From the NCBI GenBank assembly GCA_038741355.1, contig JAVYLC010000031.1:1-21235 (forward strand): a DNA stretch of 21,235 nucleotides. Direction: 5' to 3'. The position numbers and the translations under genes are program-made. Of this stretch, positions 1 to 9,027 are shown piece by piece (the stretch's first letter is position 1; each line of letters opens with the position of its first letter). The notes below the pieces were generated by a model. It worked only from the letters and a program-made list of their open reading frames with translations. It was not told the DNA's origin and did not search any database. Origin of the DNA: Nitrososphaerota archaeon. GTDB lineage: Archaea; Thermoproteota; Nitrososphaeria_A; Caldarchaeales; Calditenuaceae.

Positions 1-472
1 AAGTTATTTCTCTAAATATAGATTAGCCCCATAGGTACTGGCATAATATTTTGTCGTATATGCCCGAAAAACTTCCCGAACCGCTAAATAAAGATAGGTA
101 GAATAGAGATTTAAATGTTGGTTGAGAATGGTTGAAGAGATTAGAGAGCTCTATACACGTGCAGGAAAGCCTAGACCACTACTTTTTAAAAATTCAGTTC
201 CTCGATCCTATTTCAGACGACTCTATAGATAGAGGGCAGCCATTACGTAGAATTAGCTGAATATTTTTGGATGCTTCTAAAGTATTAATACATGGTGCTT
301 TAACCATTAACTCTTTGAAAGTTGCGGGAAGTGTAGGGTAGCCACTCGGGGCCTGTGAGCGTTTAGATTACGATATAGAAGTTTGGCGGAGCATTCACAT
401 AATTCAAACAGGGATGGGTAAGAGTAATGTAACACCCTACATTCTAATCGTACGAAGAGAGCTGAAAATGCC

Positions 473-1459
473 TTGAGAGTCCTGATGATTGGCCGAAGAC
501 CATCAATAGCACTAGACGATCTGAGGAGGTATTGGGGCTTGGTAGAGGTCTCTACGGGTCATATAATCCCTAGGAGGAGACGCTACGATCTCGTTATAGC
601 CCAGGAGCCGACGCTCAGGATCGGAGTTCCAGCACTCGTACAGTCTAAGGCCTCAAGGGCAGTCTTCGCATGCGAAGTGCATAGCGACTATCTCCGACCT
701 GGCTTTCTCCCATGGAAGGACTTAGCCGTGGCTGGAGTGGTTCTTAGGTCGGCCGATATTGTTAGGGCCGTGAACCGGAGGATAGCTGAGAACGTTAAGC
801 GGTATGGTGTCAAAAACGTGTATGTCATCCCATCGATATATGTTAAGCTGGACGTATTCAAGCCCTCTATACCGCCCGAGGAGAGAGGCCTATTCGTCCT
901 CTCGGCTTCTCGCCTAGTTCCTCAGAAGGGACTTGAACTTTTAATCAGCGCCATACCCCTTCTATTGAGGGATTTCCCTGGGCTTGAGGTGAGAGTTATT
1001 GGTGATGGACCTGAGAGAGCTCGGCTGATGGGTTTAGCCAAGAGACTGAGGGTTGACAGCGCAGTTAGGTTTTACGGGTGGGTTGGCTTGGACGAGCTTG
1101 TCAGGCATTATAATGAGGCTGCAGTCTTTGTCTGCACATCTTATCATGAGGGGGGTCCCCGCACTGTATTCGAGGCTGCAGCGTGTCTGACTCCTACGGT
1201 CTCTACGCCCGTGGGTATAGTGGTTGAGGCTTTGAGGGATGGTAAGAGCGTACTACTTGTTAGGGAGAGGTCTCCTGAACTGCTTGCAGAGAAGATAGCT
1301 GAGCTGCTCTCGGAGCCCGCCAAGCGCGCTGAAATCGCAGAGGAGGCCCGACAAGTAGTGGTAAAAGAGTTTGAGTGGGAGAAATCCGTTAGAAGATATG
1401 CAGAGAAGATAAGCGAGTTAGTCGACCTGGCCAGACATAAAGCCCGCGAACATCCCTAA
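473..1459 (+). CDS. Glycosyltransferase, GT-B fold, GT4-like (retaining type)
   Basis: 328-codon ORF. The C-terminal domain carries the E-x7-E signature EGGPRTVFEAAA, then VVEALRDGKSVLLV and the typical tail EFEWEKSVRRYAE. A TTG start at 473 gives MRVLMIG; ATG at 485 is an alternative start. Confidence 0.85.
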   Translation: MRVLMIGRRPSIALDDLRRYWGLVEVSTGHIIPRRRRYDLVIAQEPTLRIGVPALVQSKASRAVFACEVHSDYLRPGFLPWKDLAVAGVVLRSADIVRAVNRRIAENVKRYGVKNVYVIPSIYVKLDVFKPSIPPEERGLFVLSASRLVPQKGLELLISAIPLLLRDFPGLEVRVIGDGPERARLMGLAKRLRVDSAVRFYGWVGLDELVRHYNEAAVFVCTSYHEGGPRTVFEAAACLTPTVSTPVGIVVEALRDGKSVLLVRERSPELLAEKIAELLSEPAKRAEIAEEARQVVVKEFEWEKSVRRYAEKISELVDLARHKAREHP

Positions 1460-1486
1460 GAAGGATCGGAAAACCCGCTTCCCGAC

Positions 1487-2698
1487 CTACATGCCGACTT
1501 CTTTTAGCAGTTTTGCTATTTTTGGTATGACTACTTCGTGGCTGAATTCCTCGACTATCTTCTTTCTTGCCTGTCTGCTTAGGCGTCGGGCTAGCTGCTT
1601 ATCCTGGAGGAGCGTCTCGATCGCTGCTGCTAGGCCTCTTATGTCCTGTTTGTTAACTAGTAGTCCTGTTTCTCCGTCTATTACTGCTTCTGGGATTCCT
1701 GAAACCCTTGTGGCCACAACAGGTGCCTCGCATGCCATGGCCTCGAGTAGGGCGCGGGGAATGCCTTCTCCCCCCCTGGAGGGGTAGGGGAAGACTGCCG
1801 TGTTTGCCATGTATTGTGGGACTTGCTCGTTGGGGATCGGCCCCAGGAATACCACTCTGTCCCTCACACCTAATGCCTCGGCTCGCTTTTTTAGATAGTT
1901 GATGTAGCCGGCTTCTCCGGTCCCAGCGATCCACAGATCAACGTCTCTTATGGTTTTTGATACTTGGGCGAAGGCAGTTATCAGGTCTTCGACGCCTTTA
2001 CCTTCGTTTATTCTACCTACCCAGAAGATTTTTCGTTTATGATTATCTGACCATTTTTGAGGCGGTGGCAGGCCTGGTCTGAACCTGTCAGTTCTTACGG
2101 AGTTGTGTATTATCTGTATTTTGTCTTCCCTGAGGTGGGGGAGAAAGTATCTGACCTCGGGCAGCATGAACCATGAGTATAGTGTTATCCTCGTTGCCGT
2201 GTCTGCTGCTTGTCGAAGTATCCAGCGGAATAGCGACTTTTTCCAGCCCGGTCTTTCATATGGTTTTCCGAAGAGCCATGTTCCGCCCAGTGTAAGGACT
2301 GAGGGAAGTTTAGCTATCTTTCCTGATAGCCAGAGGGCAGCTAGCTCTGGGGGGCTAAACGTCCTCACATATAAGACGCCGGTGTTGTTGAGTTTTAGAA
2401 GTGGAGGAAGAGAATAGTTTAGTATCTTTAACGCACCGTAGATTTTTGGGATTTTTATCTTGGGTATTTTGAGTATTGTGAGATTGGGAGGTAGATCGGG
2501 TGGGGCGTATTCTACTGTGTCGGTTATTACTGTTATTTGGTCGAGATGCCTAGCTAGCGCTATATATTCTTCTAAATATTGGGCGTGGAGTGAGGCCGCT
2601 TTCAGCCCGCCAACCTTGCCTATAAAAGTCATCACAGATACCATCGTTTTATCTATGCCATATTGTCCATAGGGGTATTTATTTGGTTTGAGGTGCAC
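1487..2698 (-). CDS. Glycosyltransferase, GT4-like
   Basis: 403-codon ORF with GGEGIPRALLEAMACEAPVVATRVSGIPEAVIDGETGLLV (E-x7-E). The track start is GTG at 2698. An in-frame ATG at 2644 (MVSVMTFIGKVGG) may be the real start. Convergent with the previous gene, leaving a 27-nt gap. Confidence 0.85.
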   Translation of the reverse strand: MHLKPNKYPYGQYGIDKTMVSVMTFIGKVGGLKAASLHAQYLEEYIALARHLDQITVITDTVEYAPPDLPPNLTILKIPKIKIPKIYGALKILNYSLPPLLKLNNTGVLYVRTFSPPELAALWLSGKIAKLPSVLTLGGTWLFGKPYERPGWKKSLFRWILRQAADTATRITLYSWFMLPEVRYFLPHLREDKIQIIHNSVRTDRFRPGLPPPQKWSDNHKRKIFWVGRINEGKGVEDLITAFAQVSKTIRDVDLWIAGTGEAGYINYLKKRAEALGVRDRVVFLGPIPNEQVPQYMANTAVFPYPSRGGEGIPRALLEAMACEAPVVATRVSGIPEAVIDGETGLLVNKQDIRGLAAAIETLLQDKQLARRLSRQARKKIVEEFSHEVVIPKIAKLLKEVGM

Positions 2699-2938
2699 CA
2701 GTCTGGTCTAATGTTATATTTGTGGCTGTTTCATAGCTTATGTGGAGAGAGTCAAGGCAGTATAATCCCATTGCAGACATTGCTAGCTACGAACAGCAAG
2801 TAGAGTAGGTCTTTGTAAAGCTACATGACAGAGCTAGGAAAGACACCGGGCTTTTTATTTTATTCCCTAATCGGCGAAGAGATCAAAATGAATCTAATAT
2901 AGACGGCACACCTCACCCGCTTTCTTATAAAGCTATAG

Positions 2939-2944
2939 TATAAA
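2939..2944 (+). promoter_or_regulatory. TATA-like box for the CgeB-like gene
   Basis: TATAAA centred about 34 nt upstream of ATG 2976. Confidence 0.35.
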
Positions 2945-2975
2945 TTATTGGAGATAAAAGTGAAGGACAGCGTCA

Positions 2976-4040
2976 ATGTATAGATTGGGTGTTATGGTGG
3001 ATGATATAGAGTTATCAAAAGGAGCCTACATCTTATGGTCCTTAGCCAAGGAAATAAAGAGATTAGATCAGTCATTCTCACCCCATTTAATCGGCTACCA
3101 TGAAATGGTTCTGCATTGTCAGAGCACTAAAACAATATATCAGAAGATTTATCCAATATTATACACCTTCTTCTTTGGAGGAAAAGGTCGCCGCTTAGTG
3201 CATCTATACGAACCCATTAGAGCAACAAAATACGTAGCACGAAATTTTGATGCAATATTAGCAAGCGCAACTGCACTAGAGTGGAAAGGCATCGCTACAC
3301 TTGTAAAAAGAGGATATCCAACTATATTATGGGATATTGACTCGCCAAATATCAACTATGGGAAATATCGAAGCATCGTTGCCAATAAAAATGTACTCTT
3401 ATTCTGTTACAGCCAAGGGGGGGTGAAGATATGGCGTGAATATGGTGTAGAACCAATCCCCCTCCCACTCGGAGCGGATACTTCCATCTTTTATCCCCTA
3501 GGAAAAAGCGACGCAACGATAGATATTCTCTTTACCGGACGATTTTTGAAAGACAGGATCCAAGGATACCAAACATTTCTGTATCCATTAATAAAAAGAT
3601 TTAAGAAATCCGTGGTACTGGTGGGTTCTGGATGGGAAAAAGTCCATGCGGCGCGTGAAGCCTATGTTCTACCAAATTCACATTATTCTAGGCTTAATAA
3701 ACTGTACAATTCTGCAAAGGTCTGTCTAAACATTCATAGAGATCATTCAAGAAGGTGCTTTGGCGCGATCAATTTAAGGACATTCGAAATTCTCGCTGCA
3801 AGAAGGTTACAGATAGTAGATCATGTAAAAGGGATTGATTCCTTTTTTATAAACCGGCAAGAATTAATAGTTGTTGAAGACACATCAGAAATAATTGAGT
3901 GGGTAGAAAGAGTCTTATACGATCAAAAGGAAGCCGCAAGAATTGCTAATTCAGGATATAGGCGCATTAATAGCGAACACACAATCCGACACAGAGCCAA
4001 GTCTGTGATAAACATTTTGCGTGATTTTATGCAACATTAG
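2976..4040 (+). CDS. CgeB-like / DUF3880-type glycosyltransferase-family protein (Glyco_trans_1_2-like C-terminal domain)
   Basis: 354-codon ORF with an ATG start. The C-terminal half (LNIHRDHSRRCFGAINLRTFEILAARRLQIVDHVKGIDSFF ... NSEHTIRHRAKSVINIL) matches my recollection of CgeB-type proteins; this is from memory, not a search. Codon usage is AT-rich compared with neighbouring genes. Confidence 0.65.
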   Translation: MYRLGVMVDDIELSKGAYILWSLAKEIKRLDQSFSPHLIGYHEMVLHCQSTKTIYQKIYPILYTFFFGGKGRRLVHLYEPIRATKYVARNFDAILASATALEWKGIATLVKRGYPTILWDIDSPNINYGKYRSIVANKNVLLFCYSQGGVKIWREYGVEPIPLPLGADTSIFYPLGKSDATIDILFTGRFLKDRIQGYQTFLYPLIKRFKKSVVLVGSGWEKVHAAREAYVLPNSHYSRLNKLYNSAKVCLNIHRDHSRRCFGAINLRTFEILAARRLQIVDHVKGIDSFFINRQELIVVEDTSEIIEWVERVLYDQKEAARIANSGYRRINSEHTIRHRAKSVINILRDFMQH

Positions 4041-4113
4041 AAAAGACAGGAGTTAATTTTAGGTGCGTTGTAATATACAATGTGCTATTGTGGGTACAAC
4101 TTGTAGGTTAGGA

Positions 4114-4202
4114 TTAATCCACCTCTTTAAATAGTCCTACGTAGCGGTTGACCATGTGGTTCCAGTCAAACCCCTCGCGTACTCTACATCTTTAATGCTG
4201 CA
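4114..4202 (-). pseudogene. Detached C-terminal remnant of the 4203-5189 glycosyltransferase
   Basis: Downstream of the TAA at 4203-4205, a different minus-strand frame reads RCRVREGFDWNHMVNRYVGLFKEVD and ends at TAA (4114-4116). This is the classic GT-B tail pattern (F-S/D-W ... Y ... L-Y/F-x-E-V). Confidence 0.5.
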
Positions 4203-5189
4203 TTAACGGGATAATTCCTCGTCTTCTAAGAGCCTAATAACTGCCTCGGCCATAGCCTTCGCATTTATTGGTGTTATCAACCCGGCTCCAGACTCTTTGA
4301 TGGGGAATGATTCGTCGACGTCGGTTGCGACAACAGGTCTTCCCGCAGCCATATACTCCAAGAGCTTGGAAGGGAGCCTTCCGCCTAGTGATTCGTCCTG
4401 TGGAAGGATGCATACTCGCGCTTTCTGAAGCCATCTTGGTAGTTGGTCGTGGGGTATGAAGCCCGGCATCTCAACCCTCGCGCCGGCATACTCTATTAAA
4501 CGCCGCTTAACAGCGGGTGGAATATCTCCTATTAACAGGAACTTCACATTACTCCTCATCTGGCTGAGCGTCCTCACAAACTCCAACAACAGCCTAGACC
4601 TGTGAGGTTGAAAGGTACCATAGTAAAGGACGACAGGCTCTTCAGGAAGAGGTGAAGGCCTGAAAAGCCTCGTATCAACGCCGTTTGGAATTACTTCAAT
4701 CTTCTCCCCATCCAATCCAAGCTTAACAAACTTACACCTAATCATCTCTGTTGGAACAACAATCTTAACGACTCTCCTATCCCGTAAAAGCCTGTACTCA
4801 TTCAGCCTTGAAAAACCTAGTTTCTTTCTTGAATAATGCTTCGGCAGAACCAGAGCAGGATCATCGGCATCCAAGACCACAGGTTTTCGGAAGAACAATG
4901 GCGTTATAGGCATAGCGGTGTCAAAAAGCCAGACAACGTCATGCTCCACAGCATTAATCCAAAGCTGGCTTAGATAGGGCCCAACCCTGTATCTCACTCG
5001 TCTCGGGAGAGTGAAGGGCAAAACATGACGGACATAGGCAGGTGTCATAGAAGTTGCAGCAGAACCTTTTAATCTTGACCCTGCAAAACAGTAAACCACA
5101 AACCTTTTAGAAAACTCGTGTAGAAGCTTAAGATAGCGGAAGTTATAGAACGGATACGCCGAAACTGCCGTGACGAGCCTAAGCGTCAT
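4203..5189 (-). CDS. Glycosyltransferase (GT-B C-terminal domain), 3'-truncated relative to family
   Basis: 328-codon ORF with an ATG start. Motif GGRLPSKLLEYMAAGRPVVATDV. The ORF stops right after LLEDEELSR, where family members normally continue for about 30-35 more residues (see the remnant at 4114-4202). Confidence 0.7.
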   Translation of the reverse strand: MTLRLVTAVSAYPFYNFRYLKLLHEFSKRFVVYCFAGSRLKGSAATSMTPAYVRHVLPFTLPRRVRYRVGPYLSQLWINAVEHDVVWLFDTAMPITPLFFRKPVVLDADDPALVLPKHYSRKKLGFSRLNEYRLLRDRRVVKIVVPTEMIRCKFVKLGLDGEKIEVIPNGVDTRLFRPSPLPEEPVVLYYGTFQPHRSRLLLEFVRTLSQMRSNVKFLLIGDIPPAVKRRLIEYAGARVEMPGFIPHDQLPRWLQKARVCILPQDESLGGRLPSKLLEYMAAGRPVVATDVDESFPIKESGAGLITPINAKAMAEAVIRLLEDEELSR

Positions 5190-5217
5190 GTAACAGCCTA
5201 AAACCCCCTATCTTTTC

Positions 5218-5277
5218 TAATATATCATCATTTTTTAGTCTTTAGGACTCCAACTAAGCATAAAAGAGCTTTTTAGA
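5218..5277. promoter_or_regulatory. Divergent promoter region with two TATA-like boxes
   Basis: ATATATTA on the minus strand (5218-5225) is about 32 nt upstream of ATG 5189. TTTTTAGA on the plus strand (5270-5277) is about 30 nt upstream of TTG 5304. Confidence 0.35.
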
Positions 5278-5303
5278 TACCCTTAGCTAAAGAGAGGTAA
5301 GTC

Positions 5304-6758
5304 TTGTCGGGGAGCATACGAGTCCGCTTCAGCGGCATCCTCATGTTCGTCGGCAACCTAGTCACACTCCTCACGGGACTGATCTTTAACATCCTCATAG
5401 CCCGCAACTTGCAGCCGGCAGCCCTAGGTGCATGGTTCCTCATAGGAAGTATAATTCCATACTTCCAAGTCCTAGAAAAAGCCATACCCTACTGGGCTGG
5501 TCGAGAAATACCCAGAGGACGCCAAGTCGGAAAAACAACGCTCACCTTCAACATCCTCATCTCAATCCCAATAACAACAGTCTTCATACTACTCTCCAAT
5601 ACACTTGCATCAATAGCTAACATCCAGCCGCGAGTCATCCTACTGGCATCACTCTTCATCCCCACATACTACGCAGCAGCCGCCCTAACCTCAATAACAT
5701 ACTCGACCGCACCTCACAGGCTAGGCCTCAGAACAATCATAATTGACGGAGTAAAAATCCCCCTAGCTCTAATACTCCTCCCACTCGGCCTCGAAGGCGT
5801 AATAATCGCAGTAATAATAGGAAACATTGTTTACACCGCCTACTTGTACAAAACCTCACAAAACCAGCTGGAAGGGAGAGTGGACACAGCATGGCTTCGA
5901 CAGTCATTGAAAAGATCCTGGCTACCAGTTCATGAAACTCTCATAGGATACCTCTCGGCAGCTACAGACTCCTTAATTGTAGGACTACTTCTAACAATGG
6001 TGGACCTCTCACACTATGGAATAGCATTAGCCATAGCCAGCGTCGTAGGAATGGGAAAAGCATTAACGGGCGCAATATATCCAAAATTGCTCAAAGCAAG
6101 CACCGCCACGCTCGACGAGTTAAAAGCACTCTTCAAATTCCAGCACATCTTCATCACACCAATGGTCGCGGGGAGCATAGCACTAGCCCCACAACTAGTC
6201 ACAATATTCGGGACAAGATACCTACCAGCAGCCCCCATCCTACCACTACTACTCCTATCACCCGCTCTAGGAATTACGTCGCTCACCATGAGAACAATCA
6301 TAACCGGGATTGAAAAAGCCGACAAAAACACCAACAACAGAGACCTCCTCAAATCAACCCTATTCATAACCCAGCTACCCGGCTACCTCTACGCAGCCTC
6401 ACTAATACTGATCACAGCCCTAACTGTTAGAATTCTCGGAATAATGGGGGCAGCATTGGCCAGACTAGCCGCCTCGGCAATAAGCCTCATACCAATGTGC
6501 ATACTATACTCGAAGATCGCACCACTATCCACAACACTCCATGGACTCGAGAAAACAGTCCCCGCCTCAATAATCATGTCAGTACTACTACTCCTAATAA
6601 ACCCACGAGGAAGCCTCTACACTATAGCAGCCATCGGACTGGGAGCCTGCGTATACTTCGCCATACTCTTCATAATTGATAAAGACTCGCGAGCACTGGC
6701 AGAAAAAGCCATCAACGAAGCAAAAAAACTATTAATGATCCAAGCCGACAACGCATAA
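5304..6758 (+). CDS. Polysaccharide/oligosaccharide flippase, MOP (Wzx-like, Polysacc_synt) family membrane protein
   Basis: 484-codon ORF, hydrophobic throughout with many predicted TM helices. The N-terminal pattern LTGLIFNILIARNLQPAALGAW is typical of Polysacc_synt proteins. TTG start at 5304 is preceded by GAGGT (5293-5297). Confidence 0.8.
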   Translation: MSGSIRVRFSGILMFVGNLVTLLTGLIFNILIARNLQPAALGAWFLIGSIIPYFQVLEKAIPYWAGREIPRGRQVGKTTLTFNILISIPITTVFILLSNTLASIANIQPRVILLASLFIPTYYAAAALTSITYSTAPHRLGLRTIIIDGVKIPLALILLPLGLEGVIIAVIIGNIVYTAYLYKTSQNQLEGRVDTAWLRQSLKRSWLPVHETLIGYLSAATDSLIVGLLLTMVDLSHYGIALAIASVVGMGKALTGAIYPKLLKASTATLDELKALFKFQHIFITPMVAGSIALAPQLVTIFGTRYLPAAPILPLLLLSPALGITSLTMRTIITGIEKADKNTNNRDLLKSTLFITQLPGYLYAASLILITALTVRILGIMGAALARLAASAISLIPMCILYSKIAPLSTTLHGLEKTVPASIIMSVLLLLINPRGSLYTIAAIGLGACVYFAILFIIDKDSRALAEKAINEAKKLLMIQADNA

Positions 6759-6832
6759 TTTGACTACAAACCCATCGGTCTACTATACTATTAGGAAGAT
6801 TTTTTAATAGGTGGCCTTTGCTCTCTGGTGGC

Positions 6833-7786
6833 TTGATTCTTGTGACAGGAGCGTTCGGGTTTATCGGGAGCCATCTAGTTGAACGCCTACTTGATGGTGA
6901 CGAGGATGTTGTTGCGGCCGGAGTGGCGCCACCACATGAAGACAACCTGCGCTACATCATTAGACACAAAAACGCTGCGAAGATGCGCATAGCTTATGTG
7001 GATTTTACAAATCTCCAACAGGTTAAGGCCCTCTTCAAGTCATTCCAGCCTAGGATCGTCTACCACCTAGCAGCTATCGCGTCGCACAGGCTAAGCAGAC
7101 GAGACCCCTACCCCTACCTCAGCAACAACTATAACTCAGTCCTTGCAATCCTAGAGGCGACCCGCCTAACGGAGCCCACACCAAAGTTGGTCTATACGTC
7201 AAGCAGCACTGTGTACGGTGACCAGGAGCCTCCACTGCACGAGAGCTTAGACCCCAGGCCCCGCGGACCTTATGCCCTCAGCAAACTCCTCGGAGAACAG
7301 CTGTGCAGGCACTATCATGAGGAATACGGTCTAGAATGCCCCATCATAAGATACTTCAACATCGTCGGCGAGAGGTGTAGGGGCAACATAGTCTTCAGGG
7401 TCTTTGCAGACAGGATAAGCAGGGGCGAAGCCGTCGAGATATATGGGCGGGTTGTTGACGGAGTCTTCAGACCAGCGGAGAGGGACTTCACATACGTGAG
7501 GGACGCTGTCGAGGGGACGGTGCTAGCGTGTGAGAGAGGTAGAGGCTTCGACGTCTACAATATAGGGTTTGGGAGGCCTGTGAGTGTCCGGAGAGTCGCA
7601 GAGCTAATGATGAAGTATTTTGGTAAGAGTGTGGGAATATTGGAAAAAGAACTCCAGCCACACGAGGTGTTGGTCAGCTATTGTGACAACAGGAAGGCGA
7701 GGGTGAAGCTTGGCTGGAATCCAACCACAGACATAGAAGAGATTGTAAAAAGGTATGTGGACTGGTATAAGTTATCAGTCCTCTAA
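6833..7786 (+). CDS. NAD-dependent sugar epimerase/dehydratase (extended SDR, UDP-glucose 4-epimerase-like)
   Basis: Rossmann motif VTGAFGFIGSH, catalytic serine region YTSSSTVYG, and YALSK (YxxxK). The track ORF starts at TTG 6818. I prefer TTG 6833 (MILVTGA...) because a T-rich TATA-like box (6800-6809) lies about 28 nt upstream of 6833 and the paralogous fragment at 16955 starts at the equivalent TTG. Confidence 0.85.
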   Translation: MILVTGAFGFIGSHLVERLLDGDEDVVAAGVAPPHEDNLRYIIRHKNAAKMRIAYVDFTNLQQVKALFKSFQPRIVYHLAAIASHRLSRRDPYPYLSNNYNSVLAILEATRLTEPTPKLVYTSSSTVYGDQEPPLHESLDPRPRGPYALSKLLGEQLCRHYHEEYGLECPIIRYFNIVGERCRGNIVFRVFADRISRGEAVEIYGRVVDGVFRPAERDFTYVRDAVEGTVLACERGRGFDVYNIGFGRPVSVRRVAELMMKYFGKSVGILEKELQPHEVLVSYCDNRKARVKLGWNPTTDIEEIVKRYVDWYKLSVL

Positions 7787-8935
7787 GACTTCTCTATAAA
7801 TTTTAACCATCTTCTCGGCAATTACCTCGGGGGCGAAGAGCGCCGAGACCCTCTCCTTGGCATTCTCTCCAAGCTTCTCCGATAGGGATTTATCTGTGGC
7901 GAGCTGCAGGATTTTTTGGGCGAGGTCGCGCGGGTCTCCCATAGTGAAGAGCAGCCCTGTAACGCCGTCCTCAACTATCTCGATTAACCCTCCAACACGC
8001 GACGCTATGACTGGCTTCCCGGCTGCCCCACCCTCGGCAGCAACCATTCCAAACGGCTCATAACGGGATGGAGCCAAGACGATATCAGACTCTTTGACGA
8101 GTTCCTCAACATCGTGTCTGTAGCCCATGAAGGCCACCTGTTTTTCCAAACCCAGCTCATACACCATCCTTTCTAAGTAGTTTTTTTGGGGGCCAACACC
8201 TACAATCCTTAGAAAGAGTCCGCCCCCATACTCATTCTTCAACAATGAGAGTGCCTTTAGTGCGACATCTATACCCTTCACAGGGTGTAAGCGGCCTACG
8301 AAGAGTAGGTTTGTGACATCGCGGCTACCATGTTGTCTGGAAATGAGGGTGGTGAACCTTTCGACGTCGACGGGGTTGTGGATGGTTGTGAGCTTCTTCT
8401 CAGGGGCTCCTGCCTTTATACACACCCTCCTAAGCCATTCGGAGCAGGGAGCGATTTTGTTGGCTATTCTCTGGGATAGACGCCACGCGAGGATTCCGAT
8501 TAGGCGAGCTGGAGTGTTTGCCTCCTCGAGCTCGTGTGGGGGATAGCCCTCCAGACTTATTACAATCTTCCTAGCGACTATTCGTGCGGCCGGGTAGAGA
8601 TAGACGAGCGCCTTCGGCGTGCTGAAGTGTATTATGTCCACCCGTCCGTGTCTCAGGAGGGATAGGAGGCGTATAGCTAGGGCGAGCCAGTAAAGAGGGC
8701 TTGGGCAGCCAGTCACCCCGGTGTATATTACCTCAGCTCCTTTGAGCTTCAGCCTCTTTATGGCGGGGTACTCGAGTGCCTCACGAGAAGTTATGATCGT
8801 GACTTTAACTTTTTTAGGGTAGCGGGTCACGATTCCCAGCATTATGTGTGCGAGCGCGAGTGAAGCTCCTGTCACCCCGCCCTTGGCTGGAATGACCGCG
8901 GCCACCCTCAAAATCGCGGATTGGCTGCCCTTCAC
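7775..8935 (-). CDS. Glycosyltransferase, GT4-like
   Basis: 386-codon ORF with YEPFGMVAAEGGAAGKPVIASRVGGLIEIVEDGVTGLLF (E-x7-E). GTG start at 8935 is 26-27 nt downstream of a TAATATAT box. Its 3' end overlaps the epimerase 3' end by 12 nt. Confidence 0.85.
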   Translation of the reverse strand: MKGSQSAILRVAAVIPAKGGVTGASLALAHIMLGIVTRYPKKVKVTIITSREALEYPAIKRLKLKGAEVIYTGVTGCPSPLYWLALAIRLLSLLRHGRVDIIHFSTPKALVYLYPAARIVARKIVISLEGYPPHELEEANTPARLIGILAWRLSQRIANKIAPCSEWLRRVCIKAGAPEKKLTTIHNPVDVERFTTLISRQHGSRDVTNLLFVGRLHPVKGIDVALKALSLLKNEYGGGLFLRIVGVGPQKNYLERMVYELGLEKQVAFMGYRHDVEELVKESDIVLAPSRYEPFGMVAAEGGAAGKPVIASRVGGLIEIVEDGVTGLLFTMGDPRDLAQKILQLATDKSLSEKLGENAKERVSALFAPEVIAEKMVKIYREVLED

Positions 8936-8957
8936 TACTTGTATCAGCCTTTTGGAG

Positions 8958-8965
8958 ATATATTA
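8958..8965 (-). promoter_or_regulatory. TATA-like box for the glycosyltransferase at 7775-8935
   Basis: The minus strand reads TAATATAT, centred about 26 nt upstream of GTG 8935. Confidence 0.4.
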
Positions 8966-9027
8966 GTTCAGCAATACGGATTCCATCCCTTTTCCTTGGG
9001 ACTGTTAGGGGTTGGCCCGGTGGGGTT

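Noticed and set aside
1491-2672. Five plus-strand ORFs (1491-1787, 1708-1902, 2103-2417, 2460-2672) and the minus-strand ORF 1653-1934 inside the glycosyltransferase at 1487-2698
   Set aside because: They are antisense or alternative-frame shadows of a well-supported gene. The products are Arg/Ser/Pro/Cys-rich with no recognisable motifs.
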